In this document: piece by piece, positions 1 through 13,300 of the stretch | How positions within the stretch are numbered: the stretch's first letter is position 1 | How the letters are laid out: each line of letters starts with the position of its first letter | NCBI RefSeq assembly: GCF_022045235.1 | Contig: NW_027266271.1 | Span: 31,310,001-31,374,000, forward strand | DNA from: Haliotis cracherodii | Lineage: Eukaryota | Direction: 5' to 3' | DNA length: 64,000 bases | Position numbers and translations under genes: made by a program | The notes under the pieces: generated by a model | What the model saw: only the letters and a program-made list of their open reading frames with translations | Databases searched by the model: none | Told to the model about the DNA's origin: nothing

Positions 1-103
1 TGATTTTGTGTTTTCTTTCATGGCAAATCCATTTGGGGTGAGGTTGAGGTTGTTGTCCTTATTTATAATCTGAGAAAACAAATTCATTGTCAAACATACT
101 CAC

Positions 104-170
104 TCAGTGTAAAACACACACAGCAAGCTAATCCCAGGACTGCAAAACACAACCTACAGGAGGCCGCCAT
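104..170 (-). CDS. Signal-peptide first exon of a neighbouring paralog that continues left of the window
   Basis: ATG, then MAASCRLCFAVLGLACCVCFTL+A, then GTGAGT donor. 67 nt, phase 1, 6 differences from the exon at 47639-47705. Confidence 0.8.
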
Positions 171-984
171 GTTGGGTTTAAAGGGAATGGGAAACGTCAA
201 CGCAGAAGAAGTCAACCGAACGAAACTGTTCCTGATAACTGTATTTATAATATAATGGCTAGTGTTATAATAGTGATAAACTTGGTCTCACGATCAGATA
301 AATATGCAAATGAGGTCGTCACGCAGGAACTACTTTCAAGCCCCATACATATACATCGATACACTGCCTTTTTCCTCAAAACACTGTTGACTAACATTCC
401 CAAATATATATGGCTTCTCAATGTGTGGTTGACAGCATGTTTATTTGTCGCTGTATGATAAAGTGGGCGATTCACTCACACATTGTATTTATACGTATAA
501 AGCTACTTCACTGAGTTTAAATTCCCCCTTAAACATCAATCATTTCAGACCATCGTGTGTTTCCGTATCATAAACATCATGTGTTTGGAATAAAACCTAT
601 GTATTCATATGGAAAAACAATCGGCTAATGAACTCAATGCGTTTTGTACATAAAAACAAATTGAAAGTATTTTGCAATGAAATGGATCAGAACTAAGAGG
701 CCAATCCCGGGTGAATGAATGAATAAATATTTATGGAATGGCTGCGTAGGCTTTAAACGATAAAGGAAACCAGCTGACGTCAATGATAGTCGATAGGTGA
801 TGTCATTTTAAATTGGGTTCAACCTCGCGTTCAAAATAATTGCACATATATCGCGATGTACGTGTGCGCGCGTGTCGGTGTGCGAGGGTGGATCGGTGGA
901 TGGTTGCAGGTTCGAGAATATCGTCCTCATCGCAGTGCAATCTCATTAATAATAGCAGTAGCAAGAGCTAAGATCTTATTTTAA

Positions 985-2836
985 TGAGACTTTATCACAG
1001 TGCCGAACATCATCATCGCAGTGGAGAACATCGTCCTTATCACAGTGGAGGACATCATTCTTATCGCAGTGCTGAACATCATCCTTATCACAGTGCCGAA
1101 CATCATCATCGCAGTGGAGAACATCGTCCTTATCACAGTGGAGGACATCATTCTTATCGCAGTGCCGAACATCATCCTTATTGCAGTGCTGAACATCGTC
1201 CTTATCGCAGTGGAGAACATCGTCCTTATCGCAGTGCCGAACATCATCCTTATTGCAGTGCCGAACATCGTCCTTATTGCAGTGCGGAACATCGTCTTTA
1301 TCGCAGTGCCGAACATCATCCTTATCACAGTAGAGAACACCGTCCTTATCGCAGTGGAGAACATCGTCCTTAATGCAGAAGAGAACATTGTCCTTATCGC
1401 ATTGGAGAACATCATCCTTATCGCAGTGGAGGACATCATTCTTATCGGAGTGCTGAACATCGTCCTTATCGCAGTGGAGGACATCATCCTTATCGCAGTG
1501 GAAAACATCGTCCTTATTGCAGTGGAGGACATCATCCTTATTGCAGTGGAGAACATCATCCTTATCGCAGTGGAGGACATCATCCTTATCGCAGGGGAGG
1601 ACATCATCCTTATCGCAGTGGAAAACATCGTCCTTTTTGCAGTGGAGGACATCATCCTTATTGCAGTGGAGAACATCATCCTTATTGCAGTGGAGGACAT
1701 CATCCTTATCGCAGGGGAGGACATCATCCTTATTGCAGTGGAGAACATCATCCTTAGCGCAGTGGAGGACATCATCCTTATCGCAGGGGAGATCATCGTC
1801 CTTAATGCAGTGGAGGACATCGTCCTTATCGCAGTGGAGGACATCATCTTTATCGCAGGGCCGAACATCATCCTTATCGCAGTGGAGGACATCATCCTTA
1901 TCGCAGTGCCGAACATCGTCCTTATCGCAGTGGAGGACATCATCCTTATCGCAGTGCGGAACATCGTCTTTATCACAGTGCCGAACATCGTCCTTATTGC
2001 AGTGCGGAACATCGTCTTTATCGCAGTGCCGAACATCGTCCTTATTGCATTGTGGAACATCGTCTTTATCGCAGTGCCGAACATCATCCTTATCACAGTA
2101 GAGAACACCGTCCTTATCGCAGTGGAGAACATCGTCCTTAATGCAGAAGAGAACATTGTCCTTATCGCAGTGGAGGACATCATTCTTATCGCAGTGCTGA
2201 ACATCATCCTTATCGCAGTGGAGGACATCATCCTTATCGCAGTGGAAAACATCGTCCTTATCGCAGTGGAGGACATCATCCTTATTGCAGTGGAGGACAT
2301 CATCCTTATTGCAGTGGAGGACATCATCCTTATTGCAGTGGAGGACATCATCCTTATCGCAGTGGAGGACATCATCCTTATCGCAGTGGAGGACATCATC
2401 CTTATTGCAGTGGAGGACATCATCCTTATCGCAGTGGAGGACATCATCCTTATCGCTGGGGAGATCATCGTCCTTAATGCAGTGGAGGACATCGTCCTTA
2501 TCGCAGTGGAGGACATCATCCTTATCGCAGTGGAGGACATCATCCTTATCGCTGGGGAGATCATCATCCTTAGCGCAGTGGAGGACATAATCCTTATCGC
2601 AGGGCCGAACATCGTCCTTATCACAGTGGAGAACATCATCCTTATCGCAGTGGAGAACATCGTCCTTATCGCAGTGGAGGACATCATCCTTATTGCAATG
2701 GAGGACATCATCCTTATCGCAATGGATAACATTGTCCTTTTCGCAGTGGAAAACATCATCGTTATTGCTGTGGAGGACATCATCCTTATCGCAGTGGAGA
2801 AGATCGTCCACATCGCAGTGGAGAACATCGTCCTTT
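985..2836. repeat. 24-bp minisatellite (about 77 units)
   Basis: Consensus CATCATCCTTATCGCAGTGGAGGA with occasional 21-bp units. An internal block recurs at 768-bp spacing (about 1326 and 2094). Confidence 0.97.
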
Positions 2837-5780
2837 ATTATAAAACCGTTGATGACGGCACCACAGCCAGTTAGAGAAAGGCGAACTAGCTTTCAACAAA
2901 TATGTCCACGCATCACCCATCATTATAAAGGCTTCAGATATGTGAATAATAAATTGAATGTTAACTAAATTGAGCACATGAAGACACATCGTATGTTACT
3001 TTCCTAACTGTAGAATCATCAGTATCAAATCAACTAGGTATTGTGAAAAAGGTCATCAAGGACTAGCAGGAAGCTTCCAATGTTGCTAATGAGGACTAGA
3101 CTAACATCCAGTCTCTGAAATGAACACATCGTACAGTCGTATCGTTGTTCAGTTATCTTAATAAAAATATAATAAAAGGGAGCCCAGTGACTCTCTTCAT
3201 TTTCCTGATACTGCAGTAATCTAGACTTGCCAAACATTATAGACTTGCATGGGCTCCCCATCGCTGGCGACGTTCAGTCGTGTTGATTCAATAATGTGTG
3301 TAATTTTGTATACAATCAGACGTTTGGTTACTCGACTGAAAGTCTCCAAGATAACGTGTACCTTGCGAACTTGCAATGTACGGAATGTATAAATATACTA
3401 AATTTAATCAGCTCAAGGGTCTTATATAGACGTCGGTGTGTAAGAGAGAGCAAACACGGAATAAAAGAAAAGTGGGACTGAGTTATTAGTTTCTAATCAA
3501 TATAGTAGAGGTATGTGATTTTCAACCGTGCAACGCCAATGTATAAGGCCAGATTAGGACAAAGTCACATTGATAGTTCAGTAAACTTCCATCCCTACGA
3601 AAGAAGTTTCCTCATTTGCATGTTTATCAGATCGTGATGCCAAGTTTATTGGATCGGTTTATCGCATCGATAACATTATTCACACTACGTTATAAGTATG
3701 TGTTTATTAATCACTCTAAAAATGTGATACCAGGTGTTCACGAAAATGTCAGCGCATCCTGCTCCTTCGGTGGCACCCGTCAAAAATACATGCACCTGAA
3801 AAAGACGGGAATATATGGTTCAAGTCAAACTAGGGACATTATTTGATCACTAATGCATCAAACGTCCTTCACATGTCTACCATCATACTTTTTGAAAGCT
3901 TTGCTGATGCCTTTAATGGTGTACCCTGTTTACACAACATGTGCACAAGCGTTGTAAGACATCTTCAAAGACAGAGCATGCGCCATTGTACCTCACAAGT
4001 TGAGAAATGTAGACACCAAGCCCTGGAGCTGCTGGAATATTTGAAAGCTGAAGTCTTCCATTTATCATACAAGAGATCTCTGCTAAAACAGCTTCATCGC
4101 GCAACCAGTTAAATTAGCAGGGCTAGACGTGATAGCGAATACGGGTTTATCTCATTCGTTTCCTGGTCGTTACATGTGATTTGCCCCCTTTCAATGTGTA
4201 ACCTGTGTATAGTTCATATCAGCCACCGCGAATTGTCTGTTGTCCGTCAGCGTACTTTAAACATTTTGCTATAGCTGCTTTGATTTATGGTTTTCATCGA
4301 AATACATTATTTAGAATAACCTTACTTGTCGAATATAAATTTGAATATTATTACCTAGCATGCATAAGCGCTTTATAGTTTCAAAATGGGCTTTACGAGG
4401 AAGTATAATTTGGCGTATCACTGGAGGTTGGGGACGGTTGTTGTGCCCCCTCAACCGGTTGCGTACGGTTCTGCCACAAATTGGTCTCAAATCCAGTAAT
4501 TGCCCAAGCTGTTCGTGTGGCAGTTTGGTAATCGATCCCGTTGATGCACCAACCGCATATGGTTGACCTTTGGTCGTGACGTCATACGTGGACGACCGGT
4601 CATAAATGCACTCAAGTCATAAGTGTTGTCTTGCTGGAGAAGCCTTCAGAGATGAAATTGTGTTTCGATGAACAGTAAAATGTCTGGCAACTTTCTTTTA
4701 TGAAATATAACCACGGCGCATAGATGTTAATTGTCAGTGGCATTTATGAGCACCTGATAGCTAAAAGGTCATTGTGCGCTGTTCACATTTAAAAAACACG
4801 TGTGCAAGTAGCGTGCTCCAAACAAACAAGCTGACACCAAAATTCTACGCCGTGCACGAACATGCACGTGCAAACTGTGAATCACGACACTAAAGTCGAG
4901 GAGATGTCTTCATGAATATGTATTGTAAGATGCTTTCTTTCATCTCAGACTATTTTTTTGGGAACTGTACATGAAGCGCAGTTTCTTTTACTTTCCTTTA
5001 GTATATTGGAGTATGTCAAAATCCAGTTTAAACACTAGTCTGTGTCCTTTGTACGTTAATGACGGCATTGCACCACACTGAACACGTGACAATACAGTTT
5101 CCCATTGACCCACGATACAGCCGATGCGTGGACTCAGTTTATCTTTGCCTATAATGTTATTACCTTCAGACAGACAAATACTCATAATATAGTTTCTGGA
5201 ACATGGTTCGGTGGTGGTTTAGTACGGGTGGTGCAGCATTACACAGGGGGAAGTGTGTTTTGTTTGCCCTTTCTCCTAAACTACATTAACGTGAACTCCA
5301 TGACAGGTGCTGGAGAGACATGTGAAATACTGTAATGAATGAAACATGAACACATAGTTATTCATTTACTGATGTATGAATATGAGAGGCATTATGGATA
5401 CACAAATTAAAATACAGCAATATAAAACTGACAGCATTAATTCAACATTTAGTCTCTTTTCCTCAGGCGTGGCGATAACTTTGAAAGAGTGTTATCGGTT
5501 GTGCGTATGATTGCCTCCTCCTGATCAGACAGGAAATGTTGTCCCCTTGCATAAACGTTGTGATTTCCAAGGAAGAGTTAAATATTCATGCATTTGTATC
5601 ACACAGTGTGGATGAATGGATATAATTTAAGGCCGCAATGACCTGAATTACTGTACAGAGCTTTCTGATAAAGCTTATTGATAAGAGAGTGTACGGGGAC
5701 ATAATTCAAGGGGAGGAAGGGACAGGTCAGGCTCTTTGTATCATCATGGGTATCAGTGTCGGGAAATACAGAACAGCTAT

Positions 5781-7072
5781 AGAGGTTATCACGCGAGTGT
5801 GTATGGGGATGGTAAATATCCTGCATTAGGAATAAACATTGCATTTAGCGATCCTTGGGGAGCTAAATAAATAGTGTTTATTCCTATTACAGGATATTTA
5901 CCATCCCCAAACACACAAGTGTGATAACCTCTTTATCATATAATGTTTTCTTTAATTCTGTGCTTGAAAATCACTTTCCCTCTCTCACAAACATTACCTA
6001 AACATTGCGAGTTTTCATGGAATGCGCGCATTAATATTTATTACGTCACAGGGTAAGTGATGTGACAGTCGGACATTGACAGTAGCCAATATAGTTGAAA
6101 CTGAAATCTGTTTCTTATACAGTGTCGAAGCAACATATACGCAAAACAACAATTGTGTTTACCTGCATTTCGCGGCAATCCATCGATATGTCCGCTAGAG
6201 TAACTGCCCTTTGTCAAAGGGAAGCTACTCTAACCCTAGTCCATGAGACGTCACGGCCACGTTCAGACGTTGTTGACAGTCGGCCTGTCCTGTCATAACG
6301 TTAAGAAGTGCAGTCAGATGTACACTCAGCGACAAAACAAAACAAGGTAACAATTCAAACATATTTCGGCCAAATCTAACTATTTTAATATGTGGAAACG
6401 GTTTCAAGCCGCAGAGGTCTACAAACACAGATATGGCTACTGATACCGCTTGGATAGGCCTAGTGCCCTCGCAAAATTGTTTCGAAATTTATATCTCCAA
6501 AGTTGCCCAAACTTATAAAATGCCTCAGCGACGTCACAGTTAGACACTGATTTTAAGTATATTAGACTGTTCTTTTGATAATGATAGCAATTATCTCTGT
6601 AGTTTATCCAGATTCCCGATGGTTAATTCTGACTCGATTGCCGAATGACAAGGTTGGTTGGTTGGTTGGTTTGTTATTTAACGCCGCACTCAGCAATATT
6701 ACAGCTATATGACGGCGGTCTGTAAATAATCGAGTCTTGACCAGACAATCCAGTGATTGATATCATGAGCATCGATCTACGTAATTGGGACGGATGACAT
6801 GCATCGACCAAGTCAGCGAGCCTGACCACCCGATCCCGTTAGTTACGAAAAGCATAGTCACCTTTTCTGGCAAACATGGGTTGCTGAAGACCTATTATTC
6901 CCCGGATCTTCACGGGTCCGAAGGCGACGCCATGTTTGTTTATAAACACTGAAAGTAGTCCCTACTTGACCTTTGATATTTGCATCTCTATCCGCATATG
7001 ACCCCAACGGATATCGTTTTTATCCGTTGACTTTATCCTGCCGAGAAGCCTACCCATTAATTATATGATAAA
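5781..7072 (+). mobile_element. Hairpin-headed putative non-autonomous element
   Basis: About 150-bp imperfect palindrome at 5781-5932, followed by TTTATCATATAAT, whose perfect inverse lies at 7060-7072. Confidence 0.65.
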
Positions 7073-8551
7073 GCACATTATTCTGTCTGATAACTGGTTT
7101 GTGTAAATACATTATCACGAAACATTGAATAATCGTACGGGAGTGATTCACATATAAACCTACTGCGTTTCGAGATTAGAGGTGCAAAACGTTGTCAATT
7201 CAAATTTTCCAAAGCGTGTCTTTAGACTACAAGTATTTCATTAGAAAAGGAAAAGATATCTTTGTAGGTTATCTGATATCGCTACCTGCCCTGTATTCAT
7301 GCTAAACAATAGGGTATGGGTGTACAAGATGAAAATGGCAAATAAGCAATATACAATTTTTGAAGATTTAACCCAATAGCAATGTCTCGTTTATGCCATA
7401 TATTCATATAAGTCGGCCACAAATAGACATGTAGTTGCAACTCTGCTTCTGTATGACCGCATTAAGGCTTGATGAATACAAATGAACTTGTATTGAAGCC
7501 TTAAAGATACACATGCATTACATGTTAATCATATTCTTCTGCAAACAGACGAATTATAACTCAGCTTTGGAAATAGTTGGTTGTCCAACAGACGCGCTGT
7601 ATTGGTGCTTTTGCATGTGTTTGCGACGGTGGCCACCGATTGGGCAAGATCTTTCGCGAACACCTGGCATGGTTACTATTTGATAGAGGTTTTTAAAAAA
7701 AACATGCTTATGCTATACTAGGAACAGATTTCTTATGATTAAGGAAGCGATTTTTGAATTTCATCGTATCCCAATTGCAAGGAACGAGGACAGTCACTGG
7801 ATTGTCTGGTTCAGACTCGATGTGATACAAACCGCAGTCATTTAGCTGGAATATTGCTGAGTGACCAAATATACACTTGGGTCATGAAACCTGAGACACG
7901 GATTCCATTCCCCACATGGGCGCAATGTGTGTAGCCCATTTCTGGTGGTCCCCCCGTTTCCGGTGAATGAAATGTTCGAACATTCATGTAATATGTGGCC
8001 TGCAGGTTATACAATGAGTGTGGGTACATCATCCTGACTTGGTCTGCAGTTGCAGTGTATTATTATGCCTCAAAGTGAGATTGACCAATCAGAGAGCAGA
8101 ACTACTGACCCCACATGAGCCCGTATACCGTCGACCCGTGAAGATTCCGTGGTAGAACAGGTCTTCAGCAAACTATGTTTGCCGTAAAAGGTGACTATGC
8201 TTGTCGTAAAAGGCGACTAAAGGGATCGGGTGGTCAGGCTCGCTGATTTGGTTGATGAATGTCATCGATCCCAATTGCGTGGATCGATGCTCATGATATT
8301 AATTAGTGGTTTTAATATCATAACTTGTGATGTGCAAGGACGTTCATGTATTTTGGGTCACTTTCATGACTTTAATAAGATTTTATGAAGTTAAAATTAT
8401 CAAAAAGCCTACGCCTCTGAGGTTTGAAGTGTAGTCTCCCTTTGACCCTTAACGTCTTAGGTTGTAAGTGTTAAGTGTTGAGTTTTAAGTTTTGACATGA
8501 CATGTGCGACAAAGATACCAAATAGTGTAAACTTTTCGGCATAATGAATTC

Positions 8552-8749
8552 GTTATGGTATCTTTAGTTGCCGTTCTGTGTCATATTAGGTTAGCAGAAA
8601 GATATTGGCCGAGCCGTCAGCCGGTGTCATATTAGGTTAGCAGAAAAAGATTGGGCGAGGCGTCAGCCGGTGTCATATTAGCTTAGCAGAAAAATATGTT
8701 TCTGCTAACCTAATATAACTTCATAGGCGGCAATTAAAGACACCATAAC
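8552..8749 (+). repeat. Long imperfect palindrome with internal ~45-bp tandem copies
   Basis: Arms GTTATGGTATCTTTAGTTGCCG...ATATTAGGTTAGCAGAAA and their inverse; GTCATATTAG(G/C)TTAGCAGAAA occurs three times. Confidence 0.75.
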
Positions 8750-9003
8750 TAATAGTATGTGTCGACTTATTTCAATGCCGTCCTCCGTGTACAAAACACG
8801 CAAAGTTATTGTCTACCTGGATGGGTCACAGCGAGTTTCTGCACGTGGTGCGTTTCCTGGTTGAAACACTCCACGTGATGTTCTTGATGTGTAATCACGT
8901 GCTCGCTGACATTTACATGGTTATAGACTTCGAATAACATTGTTGACATCCACGTGCTATCCACTAAGTATTTGACTCATTTTAGTTATATGTATACACA
9001 GCA

Positions 9004-9104
9004 NNNNNNNNNNNNNNNNNNNNNNNNNNNNNNNNNNNNNNNNNNNNNNNNNNNNNNNNNNNNNNNNNNNNNNNNNNNNNNNNNNNNNNNNNNNNNNNNN
9101 NNNN
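9004..9104. other. Assembly gap (N run)
   Basis: About 101 Ns. Confidence 0.99.
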
Positions 9105-10266
9105 TGCTGTGATACACAATACTAATCATGAAGTATGACACAGTTGCACAGTTTATTAGGGAAGAGTGACAGTTAGGGAATAATACAACAGTGATGAAAA
9201 TACAGAAACATGCTTAAATTGGCAGCATCCAGTTGTAATACATAATTGATAAATAGAAGTGAATGAAACAAAACAAAGACTCAGACCTACAAATGACATG
9301 CCAACGGCGTAGTTGAGGATTTTGAACAACGCGTTTAAATCACAGTAACTTTATATTATCTCATGAAGATTCTTTTCAACTGCGACTGTACTAGATAAAG
9401 GTGATACCAGAACGGTATTTACCATAGTACGAGATGAAGATCCCCCAGTGTTTAGACGATAATCACAAATTATTTCTGATCATGTATTTAAAAGCCTCCT
9501 TTCACATATGTATAGGGGTGTTGTGGCAGCCCTGTACTGAATCCATTGATTCGTCAAGTCGCAAATCCAGGTTTAATTTAAAAAATGGATACGTTAGTGA
9601 CATACAATGAGTGATTATCAACCTATGAGTGACAACGGGACATTACACGAGAACTTATTCCTTAACACGCATGATATACGGGTATAATTTTATGTCATTC
9701 AGTCGGGGCTACTTGAGTGAGTCAAACCGGCAATCCTCACATTATGGTGACAGAATTAAGAAATGCGCAGCTTGCGGTGTATCCGTCACTTATCCGTCAA
9801 TTTAACGTGAAGCTAAAGCTGACAAAAGTAACTGAAACGGACATAAACGATAATAAAATAATTGTCAATATTATTTTCCACCCGCTTTAGCCGGAAGTAG
9901 AATGATAATGTCAAACTTGGCTTGTTTACACATACTACTGACCTTCTGGACCAGCATGAAATCATTAACCGTATTTATGTTAACATGGTTAGAAAGGTGC
10001 ATGTGTATCATCATGACACCTACACACGATCATTCTACACTTCGGGGTGATATAGAGGAGATTTGTATTGGTCAATACACATACGGTTTGAACATAAGAA
10101 ACCATGACAACGAGACAGGAAGTGGGGAACAAGTCATTCTAACAAGTAATGGGACATCTGCCCGATTTATGTACTGCACAATTACACAAACACAATTCTA
10201 GAAACAGTATCATAAAACTAGGAAATTAAAGAAAAAAATATCGAATATGTTCAGCGGATTCATTCA

Positions 10267-10338
10267 TCAGATGTTGGCGTAAGTTCCGACAGTCTCCAGG
10301 AACTGTCGAGAAAACTCCAGACAGAAACGGACGTCATC
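10267..10338 (-). CDS. Last coding exon
   Basis: ttttcag|DDVRFCLEFSRQFLETVGTYANI*. Confidence 0.88.
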   Translation of the reverse strand, partial: DDVRFCLEFSRQFLETVGTYANI

Positions 10339-13300
10339 CTGAAAAGACAACACTGACATGAGCTGGTTCCACTGTGGATTACAACACTAGGCTACCCTAA
10401 ACAAATCAGGTCGAAAGCGTGTTATGTCACAAATAATAGTCAGATGATGTCAGAGCCGTTCCACCATTCGACTGACATCCATCTCAGAGGTAGTCTCGGC
10501 CAGAATTGAGATAAGTTGAACTAGTTTCACTAGTTTCACCAGTTTACGTGACTATCGCATTTCTACACAGCTTTCATGTCATCCTGTCCTGACCTTTTTA
10601 TAAATGTTCCTCGATATCAAAATAAAAAGTTAATTTCTATCAACCAAGATTATTCATATTGCAATTTTGTTTTAAAAATTCTCGTTTCATGAACTGCCTG
10701 TATATGAGGAGAGATCGTTTACAGAATTACTTTTCTCATAACATCAACTTGTGACACAGTTCTCATTTTTGTGTAGTTTTGTAAAAAATGCTTTTCATTC
10801 TATAGTTCATGCCACAGCCATTGCGACCTACCATTGTAAAGGGTGCACCTCCATGACGAGCACACAGTCTCCCCATATCAGTGATGAGGTCAACAGTTCC
10901 GTCGTCCTTCAGTCTGCTGGCGATGTTCACAAGCAGCACCAGGAGCAAGGATTCTGTAGCAGTCCTGGAGACATCACAGAGATATGATGGCATTAGCTGG
11001 AGCCAATATTATCGGTGGAGTACAGGCATATTACAACAATGATTAGATGGACGCAGAATTCGTACCAGAACACAGAGACATTAGCTTGGACCGACATCAG
11101 AGCTGACATGGAGGACAACAGTAGGTGCATGATGAGATCACGGGAAAAGTGTGGAGAACGAAACCTACATACCTGGACACAATCATACTTGAGCCTCGTT
11201 CTGGATCCTGTGTCCATGTGAGCAAGTTGTCTATCATCTCAGCGACACCTGGATCACGCACACTCCCAGTCAGGTGGTAGTTGTGGATCGTGGTGGTGGT
11301 GGTGGCATCATCCTGTGCCATGGGTAGATCAGTGAATGTGTAACCAAACTTCACACATGAATCAGTCCTCAAGTTATTTCAACGTAATCAATTGAAAGTA
11401 AACCGTCAATTGACTAGATTGGAAATTATACCGACAGAACCTTCAGGACATAGTGAGTGAATGCTATATTCCAGTGGTATCCCAGCAACATGTAGCTAGC
11501 CGAGTCTGACTCAGACAACCCAGTGGTTGATATAATGAGCCACGTCCCTTGCTGGCGGGTATGATGATACACAATAAATCAAGTCTTATCATCCGATCGA
11601 TTTTAGTCGCCTCTTACTACAAACTTCCCACAGGGTCTATAGGTAGGAGACAGAGTGAGTGGTGTGTGTTTACTGGCTGTTAAGGATAAATCAGTTTATT
11701 GAGATATTGTTGGAGGCAAAGTCATATATGTTTGCCATATAAACAACAAACATGGTATGGTACTGATTCAACAATCGTCGAGATGGATTTTATGAATAAA
11801 CTGGTTGCACAATATTACCCTGGCCCCTGTGTTTATTGTTAAATGTAGTGGTATATTTAGGCAATCTAGAACTGATATATTCCTGATATACTAGGCTCGT
11901 TCTCAGTTGGAGGAGGGCTGTTCCATCCTGACAGGATCGACAAGATTCAGTATCCGGGTGAGAACATGGTCAAATAAGAATATATCGACTTGAAATGTGT
12001 TTACCGCATAAAAGATGGGATGAAATTAGGTTCATTGTATTTATATAGCAGTGTGCATTCATATGTATCTGAGTGGGTGAGTGTCTGCTTGTCTGGACTA
12101 GAACCGGTTTAATGGTTCTAGCCCACTGACACAGTCTACTGACTTCGAGTTGACTAGGCTTTATGTATGTCCATAATGCTGAGCGTAAAGGGTAACAACT
12201 ATCATCTTTCAACATCATTATTATGACGCGGCCCGGGATCGAACCATCGCCCTTCTACTCTCCAGGCAGACGCCCTATCCACTCTATACATAATTCCACT
12301 AACCTTTAATCCAAGATCAATAGTGGTGACTGAGATACCATCTGACAGCACAGTCTTACTGCGCATGCTGGCTGTGAACCTGGATGTTGTAACGTCCTTG
12401 TCTGAGGACGGGAAGTGCGCCTGTAAGGATAAATACCTCATGTTTCAAGCAAGGAAGTTTTAGAAACACATACACCGACAATATTGGTATTGTTGTAACT
12501 TAAATGGTTTATGCAGAAAGAAGATGCATACGTTTGTAAAGCAAATGTTTTGTAAATTGTCGTCGCTAACCTGGTTCTCTTGACCCCACGTGATGAGTGT
12601 GCGAGAATCAGTGTTATACACCGCGTTCCAAATATCTTCTTTGTTGGGACATGAACTCATGATGTAGAAACCATTGTTCCATTTATAAGACTGAAAAAAT
12701 AGGAGATTAGTATATAGGCTGCAAGCTTCCATGGGATTCAACTGAACACGAACGCAGAAAACATGAGTCGTTTATTATTTGACATAGTTCTTGCTCGTTT
12801 TGTCACATTGTGTTAAATTGATGTTAAATGTGTATGCATGCACCCTATGAAATTGGATGCATGGGCTTTGGTACTTACAGGCACTGTTGCGATGGAGTTC
12901 CGCTCACTGTCCACTAGATAACATATAAGTCAAAGTACATTCGTCAGATACATTGAAGACTCGAATATGGAAGTAATATTTGTGACAAACTAGTTTCGCA
13001 TCTTTTGACCACACGTGGTTATTGAACTGATTACAAATTTTAGAGGACAGACATGTCCCATTCACGAGTTACATTGTAATGCATTTCATATGACACATGC
13101 CTATGTAACGATTCACCGATCAATGTTTTGCGATATTCAATGGGATCGTTGTGTGAGGTCAACATTCGATATAAACAAAATCAAGAGGATATTAAATTAT
13201 GTTCAAAATTTAAAATATCGCAAAAAGAAAGACCCAAATACTGGGTACACATAACACGAATGTTGATTACATTTTGAACAGAACAGTGTCATGGTCATAA

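Noticed and set aside
985-2836. CRISPR-like array (also considered for the 27.1 kb and 51 kb repeats)
   Set aside because: No unique spacers, no cas genes, eukaryotic context.
981-2874. 615-aa (-) and 624-aa (+) ORFs
   Set aside because: By-products of a stop-free 24-bp repeat; no non-repeat coding context.
12991-13026. Candidate missing D2 exon FNNHVWSKDAKL
   Set aside because: Ends in phase 0 while the next micro-exon needs phase 1.
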